Shown here one piece after another: positions 1 to 11,900 of a DNA stretch of 38,516 bases. The notes under the pieces are model-generated. The model worked only from the letters and a program-made list of their open reading frames with translations. It was not told the DNA's origin and ran no database searches. The first letter of the stretch is position 1; each line of letters starts with the position of its first letter. Origin of the DNA: Mesotaenium endlicherianum (Eukaryota); the NCBI GenBank assembly GCA_009602735.1, contig WELA01002258.1, forward strand, positions 713,546-752,061. Reading direction: 5' to 3'. A program made the position numbers and the translations under genes.

Positions 1-694
1 ATAAAAAGCATAAATAGTGGCTCCTCATCTTCCTGTGAGTCCATAAATGAGGGAGTCCCCACGGTCGGCCATCATCACAAATGCCCTAACTTAAAATACT
101 AAGAGAATTTTGAACAACATTTTCAGTAATGGAGGTTGATCAAGAAATTGTGAATGCATTCAACTACAACAATGTAAACTTGTAGCAGTGAAGCATCTAG
201 TGACAAAGCTGGTGCTACTTAATCTGAAGCGTCATTGTGTAGCATATCAACGCCGGTCATCGTAAGGTGATCCCAAATCTTGACAAGCTTACGCGTTAAA
301 ACTTTACGGTTTGCCTGTCAGCCACTTCTCGCATAATCAACGATGACTGGACATGTTTTCACATTTTTTTGGTCAGGTTGTCAAAGCAAACAAATGTTTT
401 ACTTCTAACACGCGTGATCAATTTATTTACCTTTTTCTTTGCCGCCAAATGTATTTAGCACGTTATACGCCAATGGTACACATAGTACGTGTGTACGTCT
501 GTGTCATACGTATACGCCAAAAATGTATCCCATAACTAGGTCCATGCGTGCTCTAGTACTTATTGCGAAAGTGCTTTTCTTCCATGTAGTATCTTCCTAT
601 TCACCTCTTCTAGCACCTAAATGTTAAGTGAGAGCAGGTGGAGTGAGGTGGAGCCAGGGAGCAGGGATGAGCAGGCCTTTCAATTTGAGGAAAT

Positions 695-1159
695 CGTTGG
701 AGTCTAGACATCCTTTTAATTTGACTGGAGTTTAAAAACAATAATCCAAATTGGCAAATAATATCAAATTAATATGACATCGAGAGGTATGGCTGGGCTG
801 AGAGCAGTAGGAAGTGTTCACTGGGAAGACCTACTTGGGGCCACTTTGGACCACCACCAAGTTACAACATACAACCACTCAACCAATCAAATATATTATA
901 TATATCTCCTCTCCCGATTATCACCCACCCACTCCACCCCACTCCACACGTCTGACAACAACGTCAACGCGTATAGACTATTGTTGAGTTTTGACCACTA
1001 CAAGTCTATCTTGGACACAGCCAAGCAATGTCATGTTCGTCAACCGAGTCGATTGTTGTACCCATTTGTAATAAGTTGTAGCACTTTGTAGGGTTGCTTT
1101 TCACAACTCTCGACTTGCGAGTCTTCACTTCCAACTCTCGAGACCCGAGCACTCCAACA
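695..1159 (+). repeat. Possible LTR remnant
   Basis: CGTTGGAGT...ACTCCAACA (8/9 inverted termini), internal TATA-rich tract at ~890; no TSD seen. Confidence 0.4.
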
Positions 1160-2509
1160 AGGGTCCTAGTGTTAGATACACAAATAGATGCAATACTTTG
1201 TGACATGTACATTTTGTATCACACGTATGGAAAGAAACTTCAATTGACAAAAAGCCTACTTGTGGGATACTCGCGTGCTGGTTCGTGAGCGACAAATTAC
1301 ACATCGTATTTTGACATATTTTCAAAATACGCAAAATACGCGTCCCCACGAAGTAAAAATGAATCTTTGGCAATTTGATAATATAACAAAGGAATTTTTT
1401 AACTTTCACCACCTTCATGTCATAGTAAACTTTGTCCTCTACCATTTGCGACCAATCGCGCTTGAAGTTTTAAAGCACTTTTGAAAGTTGCAAGCCCTGC
1501 TAGTTTCTCCGAGAATTTTGGAAAAATGGATTACACACGTAATTCCTTTTTTACACGTATTATTGCAATAAGTATTTGTTTGACGTATCCTCCACATACG
1601 TACTCCATAACTGAGACAAAAAGTCAACATTGCTGACAGATAGACAATTCTAGATAAGTTTCCCAACGACTACACGCGTTGTCGCCCATTTAGGAGTCCT
1701 TGCTATGCGCTAATGAACGAATTATTTCTGATCCAAAAAGGACTACCAAGGTCCAACAAAAGTTTGAATTCATTCCTTATTTCCAATAATAACGTTTTCT
1801 GGACAAATTGTGTTATTTGCATTTTGTCATTTTTTCAATCTCATCAAGACAACAACGCTGGTGGAGGCGCTTTCCTATGAGCCACCATCCTTCCAGTGAA
1901 TGGAGTGAAGTTACAATTTGCTCTGCTAATCTCTCTCTGAATTTCTTCTTTGTCCTCTTAGACGCCTCTTGGGATGCCAATTATTACTCAAAGCCAGGAA
2001 TACCAGAATTACCTGATGCATAAGCTCTCGCAACCCAAGCCCACTTAAAAAATGGCAAACAAAAAGAAGATCCAGATCTTGCCATGCTCCCATTTGATCT
2101 CCTCTCAAATTTGCGCCATACAACAAGCCCATCATTAGGAGTCGATAGCAAACCAAGTCAAATTGCAACGTCTGCAAACTATTGTAGATGCCCACTGCCA
2201 AGTCTGTGGGATTGGCAGCGAAGTAGTACTGGCTAGTGGGGATCTTAGCTGCCGCATTAAAATCTTGTGGCTAACCAAAAGGAAAGGGCACTGCTTGAGC
2301 TAGAAAGAAGAAGCTTAAGAAAACTGTGGGTCTTGGTGTGAGATTTGCAGTTAATTGAGTAGCCTTTGGATGTCCAAGCGGGCCAGTCCATCTGCGTCTT
2401 AGCACAGCCAGTTCTAACGGCGTTCCCACAGTCGCACTAATCGCAAGAACATGAAGAATAGTGCTCCATGCCACTTGCCTAATATTTGCAACATTCATTG
2501 CTAGCCACA

Positions 2510-2665
2510 ATGCTCGCTAACCATCCCTACAAAACCAATGGTTCCATTCACCGCCGCGCTTCTATGCTGCTCTGTGACCGTTGCAACGCAGGTTGGCATT
2601 TGGCATGTTTATCTCCTCCATTGTCACGAGTTCCCGAGGGGGCTTGGTTCAGTCCCTCCTCCTAA
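2510..2665 (+). pseudogene. Decayed PHD finger, probably from a retroelement 3' end
   Basis: Frame from 2561 reads SMLLCDRCNAGWHLACLSPPLSRVPEGAWFSPSS*; outer Cys codons mutated; PPT-like GAGGGGGGA at 3232-3240. Confidence 0.75.
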
Positions 2666-4121
2666 CCATCTTTCTAGCCTAGGACCCTTTTATTTCTCCT
2701 TTCCTTTGTTTGTGTTTTTTTTTCCTTAGTGGTTTCATTGTTTGTGCAGGTCCTCTCTCCCTTTCCTCCCTTTCCTGGTGGAAACAGTCCCTGCTCGCCG
2801 ACTTTTTAGGTCTACCCCCGCCGCTGCTCACCGCCGCGATAGCTGACGCCTTCCGAGTGGACTTCTTGGAGACAACTAGTGCCCCTACCAACTTTCCTAT
2901 TGTGGACGGCTGTCTGTCCCCTATTTTGCCGTTCATTCGTCCTTCCACGGAGTTCTATCCCATCTCCGTTTGTCACATCTACTACATGGACTTCCTCCCG
3001 CCTGGGTTCTACTACCATGTCAGAGGCTATCCTCTCTTTTGTCGTCCCTGACGGCCCTCTTCTTGCTGTCCCGCATTCAGCTTCTGCCTCGACCCCTTAC
3101 CTTCAGCTGGACAGGGGTTTTCCTAGCTTGATATTTGTGCTATATACCTTTTAGCTGCCAAGTAGTGCCCAGTTTAGATTTCCGCATTTTTTCACGTTTA
3201 CAACTTATAAGCTGTGGGTTTTTCCCCCTATGAGGGGGGATTTTACCCAAGCACGTAGTTTAGTCATTCAATGCCTAGTTTGGGAGTAGTCCCCTCCCTA
3301 GGTCACTTCCTTGCTGTGACAATCTCCTTTCATGCTAGCCGTGCCAATGCCTGGCGCCCCCCGACAGTCTCCAGCGCAACACCCTTGATCCTACCCTAAA
3401 TTGTATCTGAGAGCATGCCAAGCTATGGACTCTTGCACGTATACTGCATGCCATCTATCCAAGTTCCTCAGTCTGTCCTGCTTATGTCACATAGGATATT
3501 ACCACATCAACAGTCAGGTAGATTCTATTTTGTTTCTTGGATGAAAACACCTTTGCAACTTCACACTTTCAGCTATTGAAGTCGCAATAAAACTGCAAAA
3601 TACCCACGTGCATGAGAAGCGGAAGCAAGTTGTATGTGTGTCAGGTTGATAATTCATATACATTATATTAAAGCTATGCTCTGCAATACATACTTATGTG
3701 GCATAACCTCCCGTTGTCAGATGACTACTTGCCCAAGAGAACCTTACATGAGCTTCGTGAGCTGAGTCTCTTCCAAAAAGCCACGGCAAGTATAACTCTA
3801 ACCAAGCACACCACATCGGCTGCAGATTGCAACGTGGCCTCGTGGTGGTGGCCTGCTAAAGTGTGACTTGGCCTCGAGCAGCAAGGGAAGTTTGTGCCTG
3901 TTGNGCCTCGAGCAGCAAGGGAAGTTTGTGCCTGTTGTGCACATGCAGCTTACTAGAACAACACTGGTTGGATCTATGCTCTGGTGTGCAATCCTCATCT
4001 AGAAGCGACGACACCAATTTAAATAGTACGAAGCGCCAATATTATTGGTCGCACCTCTTAGCTGTGGCAACCAGACCTAAATATTAAGGAAGAGGTACCT
4101 GGAAGTGGTATATTGTGGAAC

Positions 4122-5905
4122 TTATCGAGGCGTAACTTCAGAAACAAATGGGACACTGATGGCAGAAGTGCCTTCGGAGCCGAGCATTGGTGCCTCAGGA
4201 CCCATGCTGCCGCTGGAGGGGTGGGAAGCAAGCCCTGACGAGTGCAGCCCCGTGGAGCCGCCTGCTCTTCGTATGAGCGGCTCCGAAGAATCCATATATT
4301 GCAAGTGGGCCTCACCGCTCGCTATCTCTTCCAGGCGGGTGGCCACCTGTGCCATGGATGGCCGATCAGCAGCGCCCAACTTGACGCAGTCGAATGCCAG
4401 CTCTATGACGTGTGCAAGCGCCTGCTCCGAGAACTCCCCCATCGTGGGATCGATCACAGAAGTCCAGCCCAAAGTGGAGAGGTTCCACTTGACCTGCGCC
4501 CACATCATTAGATTACGGTGCGCCGTTACAGCCTCCGGCCAGTGCTTCACGGACCAACATATCTGGCAGGAAGCAACCCAGGCGGGCGTATACACAAGAA
4601 GGTCAGACGCTTACCCAAGCTATCAACGATTTGGTCTCCTCTGGGTTTTCCAGGTCCTTCCAAGTGGGGCGCTTCCCGGTGCACAGTTCCAACAGCACCA
4701 CTCCAAAGCTGCGGTGAGCATGGCACACAGGCAGCTAGTCAATGCAATCGATTTCATGTGATGGCTTTGTAGTGTTCACAGGCCAAGCGCAATCATGCAG
4801 ATGCTAAAATAATCCACATTCTTAATGGCTCCCCTCTACTTCCCTGCTTATTGCAGCTCATGTACTTGGTAAAAAGGACCTGTATGAGCGAAAAAGGCCA
4901 GTAGGGACACACCTGTAAACATCGCTCTTGGGCGTGAGTTGGAAGGTGGAAAAATATTCGGGGTCCATGTAGCCGCGCGTGCCCGCCAGCTGTGCCGTGC
5001 TCAGTTTGTCCACTCCATTGCCCACCCGCTTCAGCAGCCCAAAGTCTGCCACCTTGGCCTGCACCGTGCACGCACAACAGCAGCGCCGCAAGGGCCACGA
5101 CTGAGTACGTTGGCTACCACAAGGTCGTGCACAAGCAAGGGGTGCGGCAGTCAACAGCAGCTAGGTGGTGGGGGTGGGCATGGGCACTTGGAGCTTGGCA
5201 TCCAGCAGGATGTTCTCGGCCTTGACGTCGCGGTGGATGATGGCTTCCTTGGCATTGTTGGCAAACGAGTGCAGGTAGCTCAGCCCGCGCGCCGCCCCCA
5301 CAGCAATTATTAGCCTCTGCTCAAACGTCAGCGGCTGCCTCCCGCTACCTGGCAGCACACAGATGCACGTGCAACTCGCTTGCTCAGATCAGCCAGCCAG
5401 TCAGTCAGTCAGTCCGCCGGCCAGAGTGCCGGCCCCTCGACTAAGTCCCTTGCTTCCCCCCCTCCAAGAGGACAAAAGTGGGAGAAAGAGGGGCGGCACC
5501 TTGCTTGGGGTGCAGCCAGTCATCCACGGTGGCGTTGGGCATGAACTCGTACACAAAGATCTGCTCGCCCTTGTCGGTGCAGAAGCCCAGCAGCACCACC
5601 ACGTTCACGTGGTTNNNNNNNNNNNNNNNNNNNNNNNNNNNNNNNNNNNNNNNNNNNNNNNNNNNNNNNNNNNNNNGCGTCACGCACCTCCTCGGCAAAG
5701 TCCTTGAAGCCCTGCTGGGTGGCCTTGTTGGCGCGCTTCACGGCCCACAACTTGTCATTGGGGCCCTGCCCCTTGTACACCGTGGCAAACCCGCCCGCGC
5801 CCATGCTGTTGGCGTCGCTGAAGTTGTCTGTTGCCTTCTCCAGCTCCGTCAGTGGGATGTACTGCACCGTCCCCGCCTTGAGCTTGCTCAGCAGCCTCTG
5901 CCCCT
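4122..5905 (-). CDS. Protein kinase domain exons of the RLK (RD kinase)
   Basis: [109 protein letters not shown]. Confidence 0.95.
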
Positions 5906-8900
5906 CTGCACACCACCCGCATCCCACACAATTCCCTCTCGCCTCAGATACGCCCCTCCTTGCCCCTTCTCACTACCTCGGTGGCCAGGTGGCAGGAGGC
6001 CCAGGGTTTGCAGACGCAAGATAGCACGTGTGCACACCCACCTAGGTCCAGAGGGCCCTGCTGATTGTAGCGCCGGCGGCCCCACACAATGGCCGCCAGC
6101 AGCAGCACTGCCGCCAGCACACACGCTCCGACAGCTGTGCCGGCAATCGCTCCGGTCGAGAACCCCTTGGACGCCGCTGCAGCACGGCAACAGACAGGGA
6201 CAGGGCAGTCGCAGTCAGCCCTCAGTTCTTGCCACACGTTTACTAAAGGAGAGTCGCACTAAACAAGGGCCAATGCACTCCCTGTATGTGAATGTGTGCG
6301 TGCAATTCGGTGAGAGAGGACAAACCTGGGGGCGCTTCGGGGCCGGGCAGCACATCTTGCAGCTCCAGGGCGTTGAGCTTGGGCTCCTGCAGGCGGCTGC
6401 CCGGGCTGGGCATGATGCGCACACGGATAGTGGAGCTGGACGCTCCCAGGTTCACGCGGAAGTCGCGGAACAGCGCCGCCCGCGGCCCCACCTCCTTGAC
6501 CACGTCCAGCCCGCTCAGCACCAGCTGCACCCCACCCCCTCCCGCCCCTGCTCTGTAAGAGGCATGCGGACAGACAGACACAGGGGAGCAACTGTGCTGC
6601 ACGCACGCACACTCACTCATGCAAATATGATGCCCTCCTCCCAGGTGATTCCCTGTCTCCCTCCAGGAAAAATTCACTTGATTTGTCCCACACACTCACA
6701 TACACGGTCATTTAACGTGGCAAACCTGTCCCGCTCTCGCCCCCCCTCTGACACAGACCCACAAACATACACAGAGAGAGAGAGTGAAGGGTAGAGGCGG
6801 CCTCTACTCACGTCACGGCAGCACCCTCTGCCATGCTGTGCTGTGCTGGGGTCGTTGAAGGAAGACAGACAGCAAGCAGCACCCACTCACCTGCTCATTG
6901 ATGTAGATGTCGAGCACGCGCCCGCCCACGTCCTCCACTGTCAGCTCCGCAAAGTGCAGGCGGACGACAAACTTATGTGATGATTTGACGGCAATGGAAG
7001 TGCTGAGGCCGTCGGGCCCCAGGTGCTCCTCTCGTACCAGCCGCTCGCTCTGGTACACGGCCAGCGGCAGAAACTGCGGCGCTTCCCCCGTGCCGCTGAT
7101 GGGCACCGGAACGGTGTTGGTCGTGGTGTTGGGGTTGGTGTACTGCATGGGGTCGTCCAAAAGCCACGTGCGCCCGCCTGCCAGCAAAACACTTGCTCGC
7201 ACAGGCTCCTTTTATCAGCTGCATGCTCCTTCTCCCACCATAGCACAGAGGGCATACTGTCCGTATGACCCACGCCACAATGTTCGCGTCTATCTGCATG
7301 TGCATGTGAGTGAGACAGGGATAGGAGGAGAGACACAAGCCTTACTTGGATCCATATGCTGCGGGCCTCCGATGTTCTTCCTGTTGGGGCCAAAGAGCTG
7401 GAGGATGTCTTTGGTGGTGGTGGTTTGATTAAACAGCCCCTCCGGCTGCGTCACAATCTGCAGCACGCATACACACAGACACACGCACACACCAACACGT
7501 CTTTTGCTTAGAGGGGAAGCATAGAGCAGGAAGAAAAAAGGCCGCCCGCCCGCCCGCCGCCCATTGCCTATCCACATTCCGAGTATCAAATGACAGAGTG
7601 CAAGCCATGGGCTCCTCCGCATCCTCCTCCTCCTCCTGCTGATGCTGCTCATCTGCTGGGAGGGATATAAGGTGCCTACCTCAATGGCAGAGACCATAGG
7701 GTTCCCAATGGAGCGAGAAAAGGTGATGGTGAGGTTGGGGCCGGGGACGGCAAGCGAGAACTCGTCATAGTACGTAACCCCGGCCTCGGGCGGATTCAGT
7801 TGGCTCATCACCTGCAGACCCACGCGCTCCCAGTCTCTCAGAAGACGTCCGCAGGTTGCGACAGCGGGATGACAGCTGCCTCAGGGTCCTATTCTCCTCC
7901 GTCAGGGCCAGGGATGGAGAGTGGGGGGCTGTTGCTTACGAGGAAGCCGTTGAGCAGGATGCTGTAGGAGCGCAGCAGAGGGGACGAGAACTCAAACTCG
8001 CCATAGTACACCCGCACCTGCAGCCACCCGCAGCCAAAACTGTGAGGGCGGGATGCCGCTTGCTCTTCCCTGCTCCCGGACAGCCGCATGCCCTAGCTCA
8101 GTGTGAGAGAGCATACCAGGTACAGCCCGGGAGCAGACTCAATGGGAATGTTGTAGCTGTTGTTGGCCCCCCCTGGCCAGTATCTGTAGGATGCGTACAG
8201 CTCGGCGTTGTTTACCATCTGCGACAGCTGTCTCTGGATGTTCTTCCGCGACGCACTCATAGCAACACCGCTGCTGAAGTAGTCATCAGCAGCCCAGAGG
8301 TTGCCGGCAGGGTCCGTGTACTCCTGGCCCCCACAGTTGATCCGGATGGCGCCTGCCCCCCCCTCAGTCCCACAAGTTGCATACACACATCATGTCAGGG
8401 TGGGCCTGCTGCAGCCGCTTGGGGCCCTGACACAATCGATGATCACAACCACCAACAGCAGCAGCAGCACGTCTTGCAGTGCTGGGGAGGAGGGGGCGCG
8501 GCACCTTTCAAGCTGAGAGGGGGGGCCACGAAAATGGAGGTGAGCAGCTCCACGCCGCAGAGCAGCGCCTCCTGCACGCGGCTGCCATTGCTGGGGCGCA
8601 CCTCATACGTCACCGCGTTGCTGGTGTCCGCCTGCACCTTAAAGTCCACATACGTGGCGCTCATGGGCCCCACCTCCTTCACCAGGTCCAAGCCGCTGCG
8701 CACCACCTGCGAGACGAGAAGACCACTATACAGCAGGCACGTCAGCTCCCCTGAGGTTGCACGTGCCATTGCTAGTGGTACTTGCCGACAAGAGACACAC
8801 GTGCACGGCGCATGCACAACACACATTAACAGCACTGCAAATGGTGGCGAATGTGCGCGCTGGCTCTCTCTCGCAGCCGCACTTCTTCCGAAGCACCAGA

Positions 8901-11900
8901 CAGGCAGCCTCTGCCAGCAGCCCCACCCACCTGGCCGTTGAGGAGGATGTCCATGACGCGGTCGCCCGCGCGCAAGTACTGCAGCTCTGCAAAGTGCAGC
9001 CGCACCAGGAAGAAGAAGAAGCTGCCGCTGCCCAAAAACCTCACCGACAGCACCTTGCTCAGGCTGGTGGGCACCACTATCCCGCCCTTGGTGGCGCTCT
9101 TGCTGATTCGCGCGCTCTGGTACAGGCTCTGCTCGTAGTCGCCAGCCTCTGCACGCACCGCCACCGGCCTGGTGGCCCACAGCGTGGTGGTGTGATTTTT
9201 GAGGTCGTTCACGCGGTTGTCCAGGTGCCAGGTGCGGCCCTGCGAGTCCATGAGGCTGTTGCCGCCGATGTTGTAGCGCTCCACTACCACGCTTGTGATG
9301 GGCGCGGTGTACGTCTCACGATACATGCCCGCCGGTGCCGCCGCAACCTGACGCACGCGCACAATGGGTATGCCAGAGGGTGGGCGACGTCCTACTGGTA
9401 GCAGACAATGCTCTGCACTTGGATACGATGGGTCTCATCTTCCACCCTTTGCGGGGGGAAGGGGGGGGGGAGTGGGCGGGGGGGGGGCAGTCAACACACC
9501 TCGATGGCGCTGATGACAGGTTGCCCCGTGAGAGGCACCAGGGTGATGCTCAGGTTGGTGCCGCTAACGGGAGCACAGAACTCAAACACGGACAAATTGA
9601 AGCGCGTGAAGCTGAAGTTGCCCGCCACCTGCCACCCGCCAAGCACCCCTGTGAGGTCACTACCATGCTCGGCCTGACTGTGCGATCGTGCACGCTTCCC
9701 CCAACCCAATTGGTACTTATATTGACGCAGAACATGTGCTAAACAACAGCAGCGATTACTTCACTACCATATACATGGCAAGTGTAAACTAGAATGCAAA
9801 GGCGAGGGAGAGACAGGGGGGGGGGGGGGNAGCCGCTTGGGGCCCTGACACAATCGATGATCACAACCACCAACAGCAGCAGCAGCACGTCTTGCAGTGC
9901 TGGGGAGGAGGGGGCGCGGCACCTTTCAAGCTGAGAGGGGGGGCCACGAAAATGGAGGTGAGCAGCTCCACGCCGCAGAGCAGCGCCTCCTGCACGCGGC
10001 TGCCATTGCTGGGGCGCACCTCATACGTCACCGCGTTGCTGGTGTCCGCCTGCACCTTAAAGTCCACATACGTGGCGCTCATGGGCCCCACCTCCTTCAC
10101 CAGGTCCAAGCCGCTGCGCACCACCTGCGAGACGAGAAGACCACTATACAGCAGGCACGTCAGCTCCCCTGAGGTTGCACGTGCCATTGCTAGTGGTACT
10201 TGCCGACAAGAGACACACGTGCACGGCGCATGCACAACACACATTAACAGCACTGCAAATGGTGGCGAATGTGCGCGCTGGCTCTCTCTCGCAGCCGCAC
10301 TTCTTCCGAAGCACCAGACAGGCAGCCTCTGCCAGCAGCCCCACCCACCTGGCCGTTGAGGAGGATGTCCATGACGCGGTCGCCCGCGCGCAAGTACTGC
10401 AGCTCTGCAAAGTGCAGCCGCACCAGGAAGAAGAAGAAGCTGCCGCTGCCCAAAAACCTCACCGACAGCACCTTGCTCAGGCTGGTGGGCACCACTATCC
10501 CGCCCTTGGTGGCGCTCTTGCTGATTCGCGCGCTCTGGTACAGGCTCTGCTCGTAGTCGCCAGCCTCTGCACGCACCGCCACCGGCCTGGTGGCCCACAG
10601 CGTGGTGGTGTGATTTTTGAGGTCGTTCACGCGGTTGTCCAGGTGCCAGGTGCGGCCCTGCGAGTCCATGAGGCTGTTGCCGCCGATGTTGTAGCGCTCC
10701 ACTACCACGCTTGTGATGGGCGCGGTGTACGTCTCACGATACATGCCCGCCGGTGCCGCCGCAACCTGACGCACGCGCACAATGGGTATGCCAGAGGGTG
10801 GGCGACGTCCTACTGGTAGCAGACAATGCTCTGCACTTGGATACGATGGGTCTCATCTTCCACCCTTTGCGGGGGGAAGGGGGGNCGTGAGCAAGTGCGC
10901 GTTACCCCCCGCACAGCACACGCACAACACGAGCAGAGAGGAGGCAACCACACTGGATTTCTATGCGCCTCCGCCTTTGCTTCGGCCACTGCCAGCACGC
11001 ATCAGAAGCAGCAGCAGCTGCAGCAGCAGCAGCAGCAGCAGCAGAAGGAGGAGAAGGGGGCAAGTGGGTAGAGGATGTGTGTGAGAGAGAGAGTGTCAAA
11101 CCCAGTAGAGGCCGGGCTGGCTGAGGGGGATGATGTAAGAGCCGCCCAGGACGTCCTGGGGCCACGTGCGCTGCGACGCCAGCAGGTGCGCGTGGAACCC
11201 CACGGTGCTGTACATGGTTGCCATCATCGACGGCTTGGCCTGCACGGCCTGCCCCCCCTTGTAGAAGCGGTCGGGCAGCCACTGGCGCCCGTACGAATCG
11301 GTGGTGACGCCGCCTCCGCAGTTGATGCGCACCACCGCGGCCTCATCTGCGCAGCCGCCGCCCGTTCAATCAGTCACCCGAACTCATTGGTGACGCGTCC
11401 GAACAGGGAATGGCAGGACGGGGGGGGCGATGGAGAGAGGGAGGGGAGGTGGGAAGGAAAGAGGAAAGGAGGGAGGGGGAGCAGATAATAATGATGGGCT
11501 CACCTGAGCGTGTCGGCGGCGGCTGCGAGAGTTGGTCGTGGCGCAGCATCTCCACGGCGCTGAGCATGGGCTGCTGCACCTTGGAGGCGGTGCTGGCGCG
11601 GATCTGCACCAGCAGCAGGCCCGTGCCGTCCCCCTGCACGTTGAAGTCCTTGTACAGCGACGCATTGGCGCCCGCTTCTACCATCACGTCCAGCTTCTCG
11701 TATGCCACCTGTCCACGCCCTTGATACCGCTCACACATGTGAGGACGGATGGTGCCGGCACCAACTCCACGCTGCGAGGGGGGGCTGGCCGTAACCCTGC
11801 TTGGAAGGAGGAGGCCGGCAGCCACAAAACTTCAAGACTATGGCTGTCGGGCCGCTACTGTCTAGACGAGGGGAGAGGAGAGGAGAGAGAAAAGGGGTAC

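Noticed and set aside
280..1800. AT-rich region with scattered ACGCGT/ACACGT/TACGTA motifs, possibly a non-autonomous DNA transposon
   Set aside because: No termini, TSD or coding remnant could be defined by eye.
1850..2500. Possible LINE ORF2 C-terminal remnant on the minus strand (FAIFKWAWVARA)
   Set aside because: Similarity is too short and degenerate to support without a search.
3870..3937. 33-bp direct repeat
   Set aside because: The two copies are separated by a single N, a typical contig-overlap artefact.
5478..8941. Long plus-strand ORFs (438 aa, 361 aa and others)
   Set aside because: Antisense shadows of GC-rich exons and introns of the minus-strand RLK; no recognisable domains.
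9831..10884. Apparent recent duplication adding an eleventh malectin fold
   Set aside because: Appears identical including introns, is bounded by single Ns next to poly-G, and breaks the regular exon order; most likely scaffolding overlap.
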